Shown in pieces: positions 49,915-59,703 of a stretch of DNA of 64,000 nucleotides. The notes under the pieces are model-generated. The model did not search any database. It saw only the letters and a program-made list of their open reading frames with translations, and was not told the DNA's origin. Both the position numbers and the translations under genes were made by a program. The stretch is taken from assembly GCA_944368155.1 (NCBI GenBank), contig CALVWW010000001.1:308738-372737 (forward strand), written 5' to 3'. Every line of letters starts with the position of its first letter. Positions within the stretch are counted from its first letter, which is position 1. Source of the stretch: an uncultured Clostridia bacterium. Lineage in GTDB: Bacteria; Bacillota; Clostridia; Christensenellales; Borkfalkiaceae.

Positions 49915-50934
49915 TTAAAATTCGCTCTTTGTGGCGCGGTCGAACAGTTTCAAAATTATATTCATGCACTCCCTTGCGCCGTCGCCGCTTTCAAACGCAT
50001 GCGATAAAAAGCACGCTTCATACACAGCTTCGGTTATTGGAAGTTCCACGCCGTATCTCTCGCCCAGTTTCTTCATTGCCTTGGCCGTCATAACGCCCTC
50101 GGCAAGCTTTTCGAACTTCTTTCCCTGCGCCATCATTTCGCCGTAGCGGCGGTTATGGGAATATTCTGAAAACAGCGTCGTTTCATAATCGCCGAGGTGG
50201 GCAAGCCCGTAAGCCGACATGAAATTTCCGCCCATCGCCCTGATGAGCGAGCCGACTTCGTAGGCGCCGCGCGCCATCAACGGGCCCTTTAAACTTACAT
50301 ATCCGCTTCCGTCGAGCACGCCCGCGGCTATACCCAGAACGTTCTTTGCAGCCGCGCCTATCTCCGTTCCGATTAAATCGTTGCCGTAGTAGAAGCGGAT
50401 AAGATTGCTCTTGAAGCTGTCGGCAAGGGTTCGCTTGAGCTGTTCATTTTCTGAATCAATGACCATGCAGTTTGGTATGCCGGCAACAAACGCCTGAATG
50501 TGGCCGGGACCTACCCATACCGCAATTTTTTCGGGCGAAATGCCGCTCTCGGTGAGCACCTGCGTAAGCCGTTTGCCCGTGCTCTCCTCTATTCCCTTCA
50601 TGCAGAGCACAAAAATTTTATCTTGCACGGGATACTGTATTATTTTCTGCATGAAGCCGCGAAGTCCCTGCGAACTGATGGAAATAATTATTATATCGCT
50701 GTTTGCTAAGGCGTGCTCCAGATTGCAGGTAAGCTCTATTCTGCCGTCGAGTTCGACGTATTCGTTTTTACCGGTATTTTTAAGCACCTCATACGAATAG
50801 TCGCCCTCAGGGCCCCAGCTTATTACTTCATTGCCTAAAACCTTTGACTGGTACCATGCAATGAACGAACCCCATCTGCCGCAGCCGAGTACAGAAATTC
50901 TCATCTCTTTCTCCGTGATATTTTTTGACTTCAA
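49915..50934 (-). CDS. gpsA: NAD(P)H-dependent glycerol-3-phosphate dehydrogenase
   Basis: 339 aa with the Rossmann motif VLGCGRWGS and GAAAKNVLGIAAG. Confidence 0.8.
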   Translation of the reverse strand: MKSKNITEKEMRISVLGCGRWGSFIAWYQSKVLGNEVISWGPEGDYSYEVLKNTGKNEYVELDGRIELTCNLEHALANSDIIIISISSQGLRGFMQKIIQYPVQDKIFVLCMKGIEESTGKRLTQVLTESGISPEKIAVWVGPGHIQAFVAGIPNCMVIDSENEQLKRTLADSFKSNLIRFYYGNDLIGTEIGAAAKNVLGIAAGVLDGSGYVSLKGPLMARGAYEVGSLIRAMGGNFMSAYGLAHLGDYETTLFSEYSHNRRYGEMMAQGKKFEKLAEGVMTAKAMKKLGERYGVELPITEAVYEACFLSHAFESGDGARECMNIILKLFDRATKSEF

Positions 50935-50948
50935 GCCGTTGAATCCGG

Positions 50949-51542
50949 CTAAATTGACTTGCGCTCCAACAGCGCGCGCGACAGCGTTACGTCGTCTGTA
51001 TATTCTATATCGCTGCCGATGGGAATACCGTGGGCAAGGCGGGTGACGTTTATCCCTAACGGTTTTAAAAGCCGCGCGATATACATAGCCGTTGCCTCGC
51101 CCTCGACGTCGGGATTGGTTGCCATGATGACTTCGGTGACTCCGCCCTCGTTTACCCTGTCTAAAAGTTCCTTAATCCTTATGTCGTTAGGACCTATTCC
51201 CTCCATCGGGTTGATAACTCCGTGCAAAACATGGTAAACGCCCTTGTATTCGTGCAACTTTTCAAGCGCGATTACATCCTTAGGCTCTTTGACCACGCAA
51301 ATTGTAGACTTATCGCGCCTGAGGCATATATCACATATGTCGCCTTCGGTAAAGTTGCCACACACCTTGCAGTAGCGCACTTTACGCTTGGCGTCGGTTA
51401 TGGCGGCGGCAAACCCTGCCGCCTCCTCCAAGCTCATATTAATTATTTTATAGGCATACCTCTGCGCCGTCTTTTTGCCGACGCCGGGCAGCTTTGTAAA
51501 CTCATTTATAAGCCTTCCGATAGGCTCTATGAAAATATCCAT
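50949..51542 (-). CDS. recR: Recombination protein RecR
   Basis: 197 aa with [11 protein letters not shown], the C4 zinc finger CKVCGN...CDIC and a Toprim domain. Confidence 0.95.
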   Translation of the reverse strand: MDIFIEPIGRLINEFTKLPGVGKKTAQRYAYKIINMSLEEAAGFAAAITDAKRKVRYCKVCGNFTEGDICDICLRRDKSTICVVKEPKDVIALEKLHEYKGVYHVLHGVINPMEGIGPNDIRIKELLDRVNEGGVTEVIMATNPDVEGEATAMYIARLLKPLGINVTRLAHGIPIGSDIEYTDDVTLSRALLERKSI

Positions 51543-51553
51543 AAATAAACATG

Positions 51554-51650
51554 TTCACGCAAATCTTTTTGCTATGCAAAAATCTTTGCCGTGAGGTTTT
51601 TAGGGTCGTGAAAATGCTTAACGGCCGAACTGAATTCGCCCTTGCATTTT
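51554..51650 (+). repeat. Structured intergenic repeat, copy C1
   Basis: TTCACGCAAATCTTTTTGCTATGCAAAAATCTTTGCCGTGAGGTTTTTAGGGTCGTGAAAATGCTTAACGGCCGAACTGAATTCGCCCTTGCATTTT. It begins 12 nt from the recR start. Confidence 0.9.
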
Positions 51651-51776
51651 CCGACATGATTATTTTGAACTACTGTAGTTCCTGATTGCTCAGAAAAATA
51701 AAGAAACTGCTGTCGCAGCAAATTGAGTCGCGCAGGCGCAAGGAAACATTGCTTGCGCACACTTTATTTCAGAAAA

Positions 51777-51874
51777 TTCACGCAAATCTTTTTGCTATAC
51801 AAAAATCTTTGCCGTGAGGTTTTTTGGGTCGTGAAAATGCTTAACGGCCGAACTGAATTCACCCTTGCATTTTT
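51777..51874 (+). repeat. Structured intergenic repeat, copy C2
   Basis: It lies 223 nt after C1 and is nearly identical: ...GCTATACAAAAATC...GGTTTTTTGGGTCGTGAAAATGCTTAACGGCCGAACTGAATTCACCCTTGCATTTTT. Confidence 0.9.
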
Positions 51875-51955
51875 CAAAGTGATTTTTTATACACTAACTA
51901 TCTTCTGATTGAGCAAGCTAACCCGTTGGGCAGATTACGCGGAAAATACGCTTTG

Positions 51956-52330
51956 TCACATCATGCCGGGAATACCGGAACCGCCGAACTTGCCCATCTT
52001 TTCTTCATAGAGTGCGTCGGCCTTCTTGTAGCCGTCGTTTATGGCGGCGAGAATGAGGTCCTCAAGCATTTCAACATCGTCCTCGTCGGTAAGGTCTATC
52101 ATCTGAGGGAGTTTGCTCCCGAACTCCACGCCGTTTATTATTTTTTTGCCGTTCATATAGATAACGACGGTTTCGTCGCCCTCTTCTCCTCCGCCTGCAA
52201 GGCCGACAACTTCGAGCTCCTCAAGCTCCTTTTCCGCCGCCTGCATCTGTTCCTGAATTTTCTGGGCCTGCTTAACGAGATTGTTCATGTTTCCGCCCAT
52301 GCCACCCATGCCGCCTCTGAATCCAGCCAT
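51956..52330 (-). CDS. ybaB: YbaB/EbfC nucleoid-associated protein
   Basis: 124 aa. Gly/Met-rich N-terminus followed by NMNNLVKQAQKIQEQMQ. Located after dnaX. Confidence 0.9.
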   Translation of the reverse strand: MAGFRGGMGGMGGNMNNLVKQAQKIQEQMQAAEKELEELEVVGLAGGGEEGDETVVIYMNGKKIINGVEFGSKLPQMIDLTDEDDVEMLEDLILAAINDGYKKADALYEEKMGKFGGSGIPGMM

Positions 52331-52352
52331 ATTAAAACTCCTTGATGTTGAT

Positions 52353-54095
52353 TTATTTTATATCTATATCTGTCCCGCCGAAGTTGCTCTTTAAAACGTC
52401 GAGCGCACGGGAGAGAGAATCATCTTTTTTTGAAAGCCTGACCTCAAAATCGGTTATGCCGCACTCCAGAAGAATATCCGAAAGAATCTTAGCATTGTCC
52501 GGCCTGGAGATTGCGCGGTGCACCGTTTCGTTGTCGGTGAAAAAAATTACTTTTGCGCCTTCCTGCTCGCAGATAAGGTCTGAACAGAGCGTAAACAGCA
52601 CGGCATTTTTATGCGTTGTGCGAAGCGCCCTTAAAAGAGTTGCAAGCACATTTGTCTTGCCGCCCGAAGGGCGTACCGTCTGTGCTGAAGGCTGTGATGA
52701 AAACGGGTCGGCCGCGGCGTCAGACGAAGAAATCCGAGCTTTCTGAGAAGTTTTTACCTCTGTTTCAGGAGCATAGAACGCCGTTGCCCTTGCATTGCCG
52801 CTATGCAGAAAATCGGTCTGCACATCGGAAGCGGCGGGCCTAACGGAATTGACCTCCGTAATGCCGCGGTTTTCACTTTTTGCCGCACGGCCGGGGGGGG
52901 CTGCCTGCACAGCCGCATCTGCGGCCGTATGTGCGGCGGCAAAATTGCCCTCCGCAACCTTTTTTTCAAGTGCGGCAACCCTGGCAATCAGACTGTCGAT
53001 ATTATAGTCGGCCGAAGGAAGCGTGCAGCGCAGTACAGCCGTTTCCAAAACAACGCGCGGGTCTGCAGCATAGCGCATATCGCTCTCCGCCTTAACAAAT
53101 ATTTCCGTCGCGCGCAGAATTTTGTGTCCGTCGGCCGAGGCTATGTCCGAAATCACCGCAAACATCTCCTCGGGAACATTTAAAATATCCTTTGCATTGC
53201 GGCACATTTTTGCAACGGATACGCTGTTTAAAAAATTGAGTATGTCCTTTACAAACACGCCCGCGCTCTTGCCGCCGGAGAAAACCTCCTCCGCGCCTGA
53301 GAGCGCGCCGCCGCAGTCTTCCGTTAAAAGCATGCGGACAAACTCGGCTATTTTATAGAAGTCGGCACTGCCCAGAACGGCGTTTACGTCGGCATAAGTG
53401 AGTTTGCCTGCGGAATACGAAACGCACATATCGGCGACTGAGAGCGTATCGCGCGCGCTGCCTGCGCCCGCGCGGGCTATGGCGGCGACGGCTTCCTCTT
53501 CGTAATCTTTGCCTATTTTATTGAGTATGTTTTTTAACAACCCCTCGAGGTCGCGCTGAGGAATAAGCTTGAAGTCGAAGCGCATACAGCGCGAGAGAAT
53601 GGTTGCGGGAATTTTTTGCGGCTCAGTGGTGGCGAGGATGAACACCGCATGTGCAGGCGGCTCTTCAAGCGTTTTCAAAACAGCGTTGAACGCCGACGAC
53701 GTGAGCATATGCACCTCGTCGATTATATATACCTTATATTTGCCCGCAACGGGGGGATACTGCACCTTTTCGCGCAGGTCGCGCATTTCGTCGACGCCGT
53801 TGTTCGAGGCGGCGTCTATCTCGGAGATATCGAGATTGCTACCCTCTGCGAGCGCCCTGCACGTGGGGCATACGCCGCAGGGCGAGCCGTTTTGAGGATG
53901 CTCGCAGTTGATGGCGCGCGCAAATATTTTTGCGACGGACGTTTTGCCTGTGCCGCGCGGACCGCAGAACAGATAGGCATGGCCTATCTTTCCGCTCTCT
54001 ATCTGGTTTTTTAAAATTTTAACTATATGTTCCTGCCGTACGACCTTGTCGAGGGTGTCCGGGCGGAACATTCTGTAAAACGCGAGATATGCCAT
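52353..54095 (-). CDS. dnaX: DNA polymerase III subunit gamma/tau
   Basis: 580 aa with HAYLFCGPRGTGKTS, the zinc module CGVCPTC and DEVHMLT. Confidence 0.95.
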   Translation of the reverse strand: MAYLAFYRMFRPDTLDKVVRQEHIVKILKNQIESGKIGHAYLFCGPRGTGKTSVAKIFARAINCEHPQNGSPCGVCPTCRALAEGSNLDISEIDAASNNGVDEMRDLREKVQYPPVAGKYKVYIIDEVHMLTSSAFNAVLKTLEEPPAHAVFILATTEPQKIPATILSRCMRFDFKLIPQRDLEGLLKNILNKIGKDYEEEAVAAIARAGAGSARDTLSVADMCVSYSAGKLTYADVNAVLGSADFYKIAEFVRMLLTEDCGGALSGAEEVFSGGKSAGVFVKDILNFLNSVSVAKMCRNAKDILNVPEEMFAVISDIASADGHKILRATEIFVKAESDMRYAADPRVVLETAVLRCTLPSADYNIDSLIARVAALEKKVAEGNFAAAHTAADAAVQAAPPGRAAKSENRGITEVNSVRPAASDVQTDFLHSGNARATAFYAPETEVKTSQKARISSSDAAADPFSSQPSAQTVRPSGGKTNVLATLLRALRTTHKNAVLFTLCSDLICEQEGAKVIFFTDNETVHRAISRPDNAKILSDILLECGITDFEVRLSKKDDSLSRALDVLKSNFGGTDIDIK

Positions 54096-54150
54096 CTGAA
54101 GCTCCGCTTGTTTTTGCGCTTTGCGCGCAAGTTATATGCCGTATAAACAT

Positions 54151-54166
54151 CCCGCGCCGGCGCGGG
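54151..54166 (-). terminator. Palindromic hairpin abutting the sigH stop codon (weak terminator)
   Basis: A perfect 16-nt palindrome, CCCGCGCCGGCGCGGG. The U-tract is poor (AUGUUUAU). Confidence 0.4.
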
Positions 54167-54739
54167 TCAGTTTAAAAGTTTTAAAAGTTTGCGCTTGGCA
54201 CGCTGAAGGGCGTTATCGATGCTCTTTACACTCTTGCCTGTGGAGGACGACATCTCAGCCATGGTGAGGCCGTCCATGTACATTACTGTAACCTGAAATT
54301 CAAACGAGGAGAGATTTTTACTTATCTTGCGCAGAAATTCTCTTCTGTTTTCACGCCTGATAAGTTCGTCTTCCGGATTGAGCGGAGAAGAATAGAGCTC
54401 TTCCCCCACCTCGACTATGGGCAAAAAATTGTTTAACGCCGAATGTTTTGCGCCCGTCGTTGCTTTTACCGCGTCGATTATCCTGTTGCGGATGCAACGG
54501 GCGGCATATGAAGAAAAGCCCGATTTACACTTGCCTTCGGAATAGCCGCCTATAGCCGAATACAGCCCGCACATCCCCTCCTGCACGAGGTCCTCCGTCT
54601 CTCCTCCAGATAAAAAGAAGCGGCGCGCAACCGAAAGAACTACATTTTTATATCGCTTTAAAAGCTGTTCGGTGGCATTTTTATCGCCGCTCTGCGACAG
54701 CTCCGCAAGGCGCTCGTCGCTTAATGTTTCAACCTGCAT
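54167..54739 (-). CDS. sigH: RNA polymerase sigma factor SigH-like
   Basis: Met at 54739 (MQVETLSDERLAEL...). Region 2 reads DLVQEGMCGLYSAI, and a region 4 HTH is present. The order mrnC-rlmB-sigH matches B. subtilis. Confidence 0.8.
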   Translation of the reverse strand: MQVETLSDERLAELSQSGDKNATEQLLKRYKNVVLSVARRFFLSGGETEDLVQEGMCGLYSAIGGYSEGKCKSGFSSYAARCIRNRIIDAVKATTGAKHSALNNFLPIVEVGEELYSSPLNPEDELIRRENRREFLRKISKNLSSFEFQVTVMYMDGLTMAEMSSSTGKSVKSIDNALQRAKRKLLKLLN

Positions 54740-55440
54740 CGCACCACTTCGTATGCGGCTATGCCGAGGGCCACGGAGGCGTTTAAAGAATTTACTTTTC
54801 CGAGAAGGGGAAGGGATAAAACTCCGTCGCACTTCTCGCGGGTAAGCCTTTTGACGCCGCTGTCTTCCCCGCCGATGACGAGGCCGACATTACCGGAGAG
54901 GTCGGCGGAATATATGCTCTGCCCGTCCGCCTCGAGGGCGTACAGCCAGTAGCCGCTGTTTTTTAGTTTTTCCACGGCTGCGTTAAGCGAAGGAACTTTG
55001 GCAACCTTTATATGATTGGCCGCGCCCGCCGATATGCGCACCACAGTCTCGGTCACGCTCGCTGATTTTACCGAAGGAATTACGACGCCGTCGGCGCCGG
55101 CGCACTCCGCCACTCTTATTATTGCGCCGAGGTTGTGCACGTCCTCGATGCCGTCGCAAAGTATTACAAAGCCGCCCGCCTCTCCCTTTGCGTCGATTAT
55201 ATCTTCGAGGTCGCAATATTCATAGTCGGCGGCAAAGGCAATCACGCCCTGATGACGTCCCGTTTCGCTGAGCCTGTCGAGCGCTTTGGAATCGGCAAAC
55301 TGAACGCGGACGCCCGCGCGGCGCGCCTCGGCAAATATACGCGAAAGCGAACCCTGCGGATTTTTTTCCATTAATATTTTTTCAATCTGTCTGCCGCTTT
55401 TCAAAAGCTCAAGTACGGCGTTCCTGCCCTCAGTTTTCAT
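54721..55440 (-). CDS. rlmB: 23S rRNA (guanosine-2'-O)-methyltransferase RlmB (SpoU/TrmH family)
   Basis: 239 aa with the SpoU motifs DGIEDVHNLGAIIRVAE, LVIGGEDSG and SLNASVA. Confidence 0.88.
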   Translation of the reverse strand: MKTEGRNAVLELLKSGRQIEKILMEKNPQGSLSRIFAEARRAGVRVQFADSKALDRLSETGRHQGVIAFAADYEYCDLEDIIDAKGEAGGFVILCDGIEDVHNLGAIIRVAECAGADGVVIPSVKSASVTETVVRISAGAANHIKVAKVPSLNAAVEKLKNSGYWLYALEADGQSIYSADLSGNVGLVIGGEDSGVKRLTREKCDGVLSLPLLGKVNSLNASVALGIAAYEVVRCRLKH

Positions 55441-55828
55441 CCTCTTCCTTCAATAAAAATTCAATTCTTGCGTACTGCCCCGTTAAATAAAGATAGCCCA
55501 TCACCGCCTCGAAACCTGTAGAGCGGTTATATTCAGAAACGCTGGCATTTTTTGCCCGCGCTGTTTTTTTTGCATTCCGCCCCCGGCGGTAAATTTCGGC
55601 CTCATCTTCCGTAAAGAGGGGAATAAGCCGCTCTAAAAGCGCGCTTTGTCCGTGAGCGGAGACGAGCTGAGAAGTCAGCCTGTTGAGCTGCCCGGACTTG
55701 AAATCTGCCGAGCGCACAAGCCCGTCGCGAACATACAGCGAATAGACCGCGTCACCGATATAAGCGAGAGTTACGGGGCTTAAGTTGCGGGCGCACTCAG
55801 GCGCCATCGGGGGATATTTTCCAAACAT
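55430..55828 (-). CDS. mrnC: Mini-ribonuclease III
   Basis: 132 aa with LAYIGDAVYSLYVR and the RNase III-like signature. Confidence 0.88.
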   Translation of the reverse strand: MFGKYPPMAPECARNLSPVTLAYIGDAVYSLYVRDGLVRSADFKSGQLNRLTSQLVSAHGQSALLERLIPLFTEDEAEIYRRGRNAKKTARAKNASVSEYNRSTGFEAVMGYLYLTGQYARIEFLLKEEDEN

Positions 55829-55900
55829 AGCAAAAAAATTATAATCGGTATTATTATACCATCAAGTCATAAAAAAATCAAATAATCAGTAGTATATAGC

Positions 55901-56587
55901 GTGAAAATGTTTACCGTTAAACGCGGCGCGGCGGCGCTTGCCGTTTCCATTATAATTCTCAGTTGTGCGGCGGGAGCCTTATGCGAAGGCATAGCTTATG
56001 CCGCCACATATTCGGCGCCCGTAATCGTAATAGACGCGGGGCACGGTGGAATCGACGCCGGGGTGCGGGGAAAGACGAGCGGCGTTAAAGAGAGTGACGT
56101 TAACCTTGCGATTGCCTATGAACTGAGGGAATATTTTCTCGACGCGGGTTTTTCGGCTGTGCTCACGCGGAAGAGCCAGGCGGGCCTATACGGCGTGCCC
56201 ACAAAGGGATTCAAACGGCGGGATATGCAGAGCCGCCGCGACGTGATAATATCAAGCGGCGCCGATATGGTTATTTCCGTGCACCAGAACTTCTATTCCG
56301 ACAGTTCAAGGAGAGGCGCCCAGGTATTCTTCGACAATGACAGCGAGAGCGGAAAGAAGCTTGCAGTCTGCATTCAGAACAGCCTTAACTCCATGGAGAA
56401 CGCAACACGGGCCGTAGGTCCGCTTGTCGGCGATTACTACATGCTCAAATGCACCGAAAGTCCGTCGGTAATTGTAGAGTGCGGGTTCTTATCAAATCAG
56501 GCAGACGAAGAGTTGCTCGTCACGGAGCAGTACCGCAAAGAAATAGCTTATGCGATATTCGCGGGAGCCGTCAGCTATTTTTCGTAG
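55901..56587 (+). CDS. cwlD: N-acetylmuramoyl-L-alanine amidase (CwlD-like, germination-specific type)
   Basis: 228 aa. N-terminal TM helix followed by Amidase_3 motifs: VIDAGHGGIDAG, SVHQN, ECGFLSN. GTG at 55901 or ATG at 55907. Confidence 0.8.
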   Translation: MKMFTVKRGAAALAVSIIILSCAAGALCEGIAYAATYSAPVIVIDAGHGGIDAGVRGKTSGVKESDVNLAIAYELREYFLDAGFSAVLTRKSQAGLYGVPTKGFKRRDMQSRRDVIISSGADMVISVHQNFYSDSSRRGAQVFFDNDSESGKKLAVCIQNSLNSMENATRAVGPLVGDYYMLKCTESPSVIVECGFLSNQADEELLVTEQYRKEIAYAIFAGAVSYFS

Positions 56588-56761
56588 AAAGATAAAAGCA
56601 ATTTACTGCCCGGACTTGCATATATTAAACTGCGCGGGCAAGCTGTTTAAGTGCTATACAAGAGTACTATGCGTGATATAAAGCGCAATTTTGCGCTGAA
56701 AAAGCACGGTAAATCAAATATTCGGCGGCAACAGCGGCCGTCTTTACAATCTCCTTAAGCG

Positions 56762-56800
56762 ATGCGCGCGCGGCGGTAGGCCGCGCGCGCATTCATTTTT
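56762..56800 (+). terminator. Strong hairpin plus T-run about 175 nt downstream of cwlD
   Basis: 13-bp stem ATGCGCGCGCGGC / GCCGCGCGCGCAT followed by TCATTTTT. Confidence 0.65.
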
Positions 56801-56821
56801 AAGCGCCGCATAATAATTTTA

Positions 56822-56856
56822 AGCAAAAGCGCCCTCCGACAACAGCAGAGAGCGCT
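56822..56856 (-). terminator. Terminator of pnp
   Basis: Minus strand: AGCGCUCUC-11 nt-GAGGGCGCU followed by UUUUGCUU. Confidence 0.6.
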
Positions 56857-56878
56857 TGAATTTTTAAAATCTAAAAAC

Positions 56879-58978
56879 TTAAGAGAGCTTTTCAAGAAGC
56901 TTCAGGTCGATACCCTTTTCGCCTATCTTGATTATCTCCACCTTTACGACGTCGCCGATGTTCACCACATCTTCCACCTTTTCAACGCGCCTGTCGGCAA
57001 GCTTGGAGATGTGTATCATGCCGTCCTTGCCGGGAGCAAATTCGACGAACGCGCCGAAGTTGAGAATTCTTACTACCGTGCCGACAAACATGTCGCCAAC
57101 TTCGGGGTCGTGAGCTATGGAGAGAATGATTGCCTTGGCTTTTTCGGCATTTTCGATGGGGCCCGTGGTGGAGATATAGCCGCGGCCAGAATCGTCGTCG
57201 TTAAAGTCGATATCCGTGCCAGTCTCTTCCATTATCTTCTTTATCACGCAGCCCTGCTTGCCGATGACATCGCCAATCTTTTCGGGGTCGATTTCAAAGC
57301 TGATAATCTTGGGAGCATATACAGAAAGCGCGGGAGCAACTTCGGGAACGCACTCGAGCATCTTGGAGAGTATGAACTGCCTGCCCTCGTTTGCCTGGTC
57401 GATAGCGGTGTGCATAATCTCTTCGGAAATACCCTTAATCTTTATATCCATCTGAATTGCAGTGATACCCTTTGTGGTGCCCGCAACCTTGAAGTCCATA
57501 TCGCCGAGGAAGTCCTCGAGGCCCTGGATATCAGTGAGCACTTTGAACTCGCCTGTCTCCTGATTTTTGATAAGGCCCATGGCAACGCCTGCAACGGGCG
57601 CCTTGATGGGAACGCCCGCGTCCATGAGCGCCATTGTGGAACCGCACACGGAAGCCATTGAGGACGAACCGTTTGAGGAGAGGATGTCGTTAACCACCCT
57701 TATAGCATAGGGGAACTCCTCTTCCGAAGGAAGCACGGGAATGAGCGCACGCTCAGCCAATGCGCCGTGCCCTATCTCGCGCCTGCCGGGGCTGCGCAGA
57801 GCCTTTGCTTCGCCAGTGCAATAGCCGGGGAAGTTGTACTGGTGCATATACCTCTTGTTCGTCTCGTCGTCGAGGCCTTCGAGTCTCTGAGCTTCAGAGA
57901 GCATGGCAAGGGTGCAGGTCGTCATGGTCTGGGTTTGTCCGCGGGTGAATATTGCAGAGCCGTGAACGCGGGGAAGGATATGCCTTTCGCACCAGATGGG
58001 ACGAACGTCTTTAAGGCCTCTGCCGTCGGGACGGATGCCCTTATCGAATATCTTTGCGCGGACTTTTTCCTTGGTGAGGTAGTATAAGCTGTCCTTTATT
58101 TCGCGTGTATTTTCGGGATAAATATCTGCAAAGTGCGCTAAAACTTCCTGCTCGGCCTGAGCCTGACGGGACTCCCTCTCCTGCCTGTCGAAGGTATCGA
58201 TTGCCCAGTCGATTTTTTTGGAAGCGTATTCGCGTACCGCCTCGTCAAGTTGTGCGGGAATGTGATAGAGCTCCATTTCCCTCTTGGGTTTGCCGACTGC
58301 GGGAACTATTTCGTCCTCGATGAAGGCGCAAATCTTCTTGATTTCCTCATGGCCGAACATTATGGCGCCGACCATCTCTTCGTTTGTAACTTCGTCTGCG
58401 CCGGCCTCTATCATGAGAATGGCGTCGCGCGTGCCGGCGAGGTTGAGATGAATGGTGCTTGCGTGCCTTTGGGCAAGGTCGGGGTTGATGACGTATTTGC
58501 CGTCAACAAGGCCGACAACCACCGAACCGGTGGGGCCCGCCCAAGGTATATCGGAGATGGAGAGCGCTACGGAAGAACCTATCATAGCGAGAGGTTCGGG
58601 AGACACGTCGGGCTCGACAGAGATTGCCTGAGCCACTACCGTAACGTCGTTGTACAGCCCCTTGGGGAAGAGGGGACGGAGAGGACGGTCTATAAGCCTT
58701 GCTGTGAGTATCGCCTTGTCGCTCGCCCTGCCCTCGCGCTTTTTGAAACCGCCGGGAATTTTGCCGACGGAATACATCTTTTCATCGTAATCAACCTGAA
58801 GAGGGAAGAAGTCCATGCCTTCTCTGGGCGACGCCGACATGCACACGGTGACAAGCACCGCAGTATCGCCGCAGCGAACTACGCAAGCGCCGTTTGCCTG
58901 CTCGGCATACTTGCCCGTTTCGATTATGACGTCTCTGCCCCCCACCTGCATTGTGAATTTTTTGCTTTCCGGTTTCAT
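56879..58978 (-). CDS. pnp: Polyribonucleotide nucleotidyltransferase (PNPase)
   Basis: 699 aa with two RNase PH domains plus KH and S1 domains (GTVVRILNFGAFVEF). Confidence 0.97.
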   Translation of the reverse strand: MKPESKKFTMQVGGRDVIIETGKYAEQANGACVVRCGDTAVLVTVCMSASPREGMDFFPLQVDYDEKMYSVGKIPGGFKKREGRASDKAILTARLIDRPLRPLFPKGLYNDVTVVAQAISVEPDVSPEPLAMIGSSVALSISDIPWAGPTGSVVVGLVDGKYVINPDLAQRHASTIHLNLAGTRDAILMIEAGADEVTNEEMVGAIMFGHEEIKKICAFIEDEIVPAVGKPKREMELYHIPAQLDEAVREYASKKIDWAIDTFDRQERESRQAQAEQEVLAHFADIYPENTREIKDSLYYLTKEKVRAKIFDKGIRPDGRGLKDVRPIWCERHILPRVHGSAIFTRGQTQTMTTCTLAMLSEAQRLEGLDDETNKRYMHQYNFPGYCTGEAKALRSPGRREIGHGALAERALIPVLPSEEEFPYAIRVVNDILSSNGSSSMASVCGSTMALMDAGVPIKAPVAGVAMGLIKNQETGEFKVLTDIQGLEDFLGDMDFKVAGTTKGITAIQMDIKIKGISEEIMHTAIDQANEGRQFILSKMLECVPEVAPALSVYAPKIISFEIDPEKIGDVIGKQGCVIKKIMEETGTDIDFNDDDSGRGYISTTGPIENAEKAKAIILSIAHDPEVGDMFVGTVVRILNFGAFVEFAPGKDGMIHISKLADRRVEKVEDVVNIGDVVKVEIIKIGEKGIDLKLLEKLS

Positions 58979-59042
58979 TAATTTTCTACTCCTTGTCTGT
59001 TCTTGCGCCCGCGCCGCTCGTGCGGCGCAGACAAATTTATGA

Positions 59043-59076
59043 AAAAAAGAGCGGCAAAAAACAGGCGCTCTTTTTT
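59043..59076 (-). terminator. rpsO terminator / start of the pnp leader
   Basis: Minus strand: AAAAAAGAGCGCC-UGUUUUUUG-CCGCUCUUUUUUU. Downstream, the hairpin GCGCCGC-ACGA-GCGGCGC precedes the pnp SD. Confidence 0.6.
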
Positions 59077-59087
59077 ATACGTAAAAA

Positions 59088-59342
59088 TTACTTCCTTAAG
59101 TTCAAAGCGGCGATAACGGCGCGGTATCTTTCGATATCCTTAGATTTGAGGTAGTCGAGAAGACCGCGGCGGCGGCCTACCATTTTAAGAAGGCCCCTGC
59201 GCGAATGATTATCGTGAATGTGAACTTTGAGATGCTCGTTGAGGTGGTTAATCCTCTCGGTGAGGAGGGCTATCTGAACTTCGGGAGAACCCGTGTCGCC
59301 TTCCTTGGTTGCAAATTTTGCGATAATTTCCTGCTTTTCCAT
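59088..59342 (-). CDS. rpsO: 30S ribosomal protein S15
   Basis: 84 aa with [35 protein letters not shown]. Confidence 0.97.
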   Translation of the reverse strand: MEKQEIIAKFATKEGDTGSPEVQIALLTERINHLNEHLKVHIHDNHSRRGLLKMVGRRRGLLDYLKSKDIERYRAVIAALNLRK

Positions 59343-59703
59343 TTTAATTATCCTCCTTTATGGAATAAAATATGCGGAGAACAAAGACGGCCGTGGAGTA
59401 TTCGCACCGCGTTGTACCCGTAACGAGCTTATTTTAGCACATACTAAAGCAAATAGCAAGCGTTTGCAAGTATAATTGAAACAGAAATTTAGCCTTATAT
59501 GCGCAATTGCCGCAAAGTCCGCCTCTATTTCAAACAAAACATTCGGCGGCAAGTTTTAACGCAAACTTAAATCCCATTTTGAAGTAAGCTTCTGCCTCTT
59601 CACACACCACGCCGTCGAAAAAGTTGTTGTAAACTGTCAAGCGTTTCTATTGACTATTGTTAACTAGTTCACATTTGTTGAGTCATTATGCTAAAGTTTA
59701 GTT

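Noticed and set aside
54096-54166. An SRP (scRNA/ffs) gene, expected upstream of dnaX as in B. subtilis scr-dnaX.
   Set aside because: The spacer is only 71 nt. It contains just the palindromic sigH-end hairpin and none of the conserved SRP domain IV motifs.
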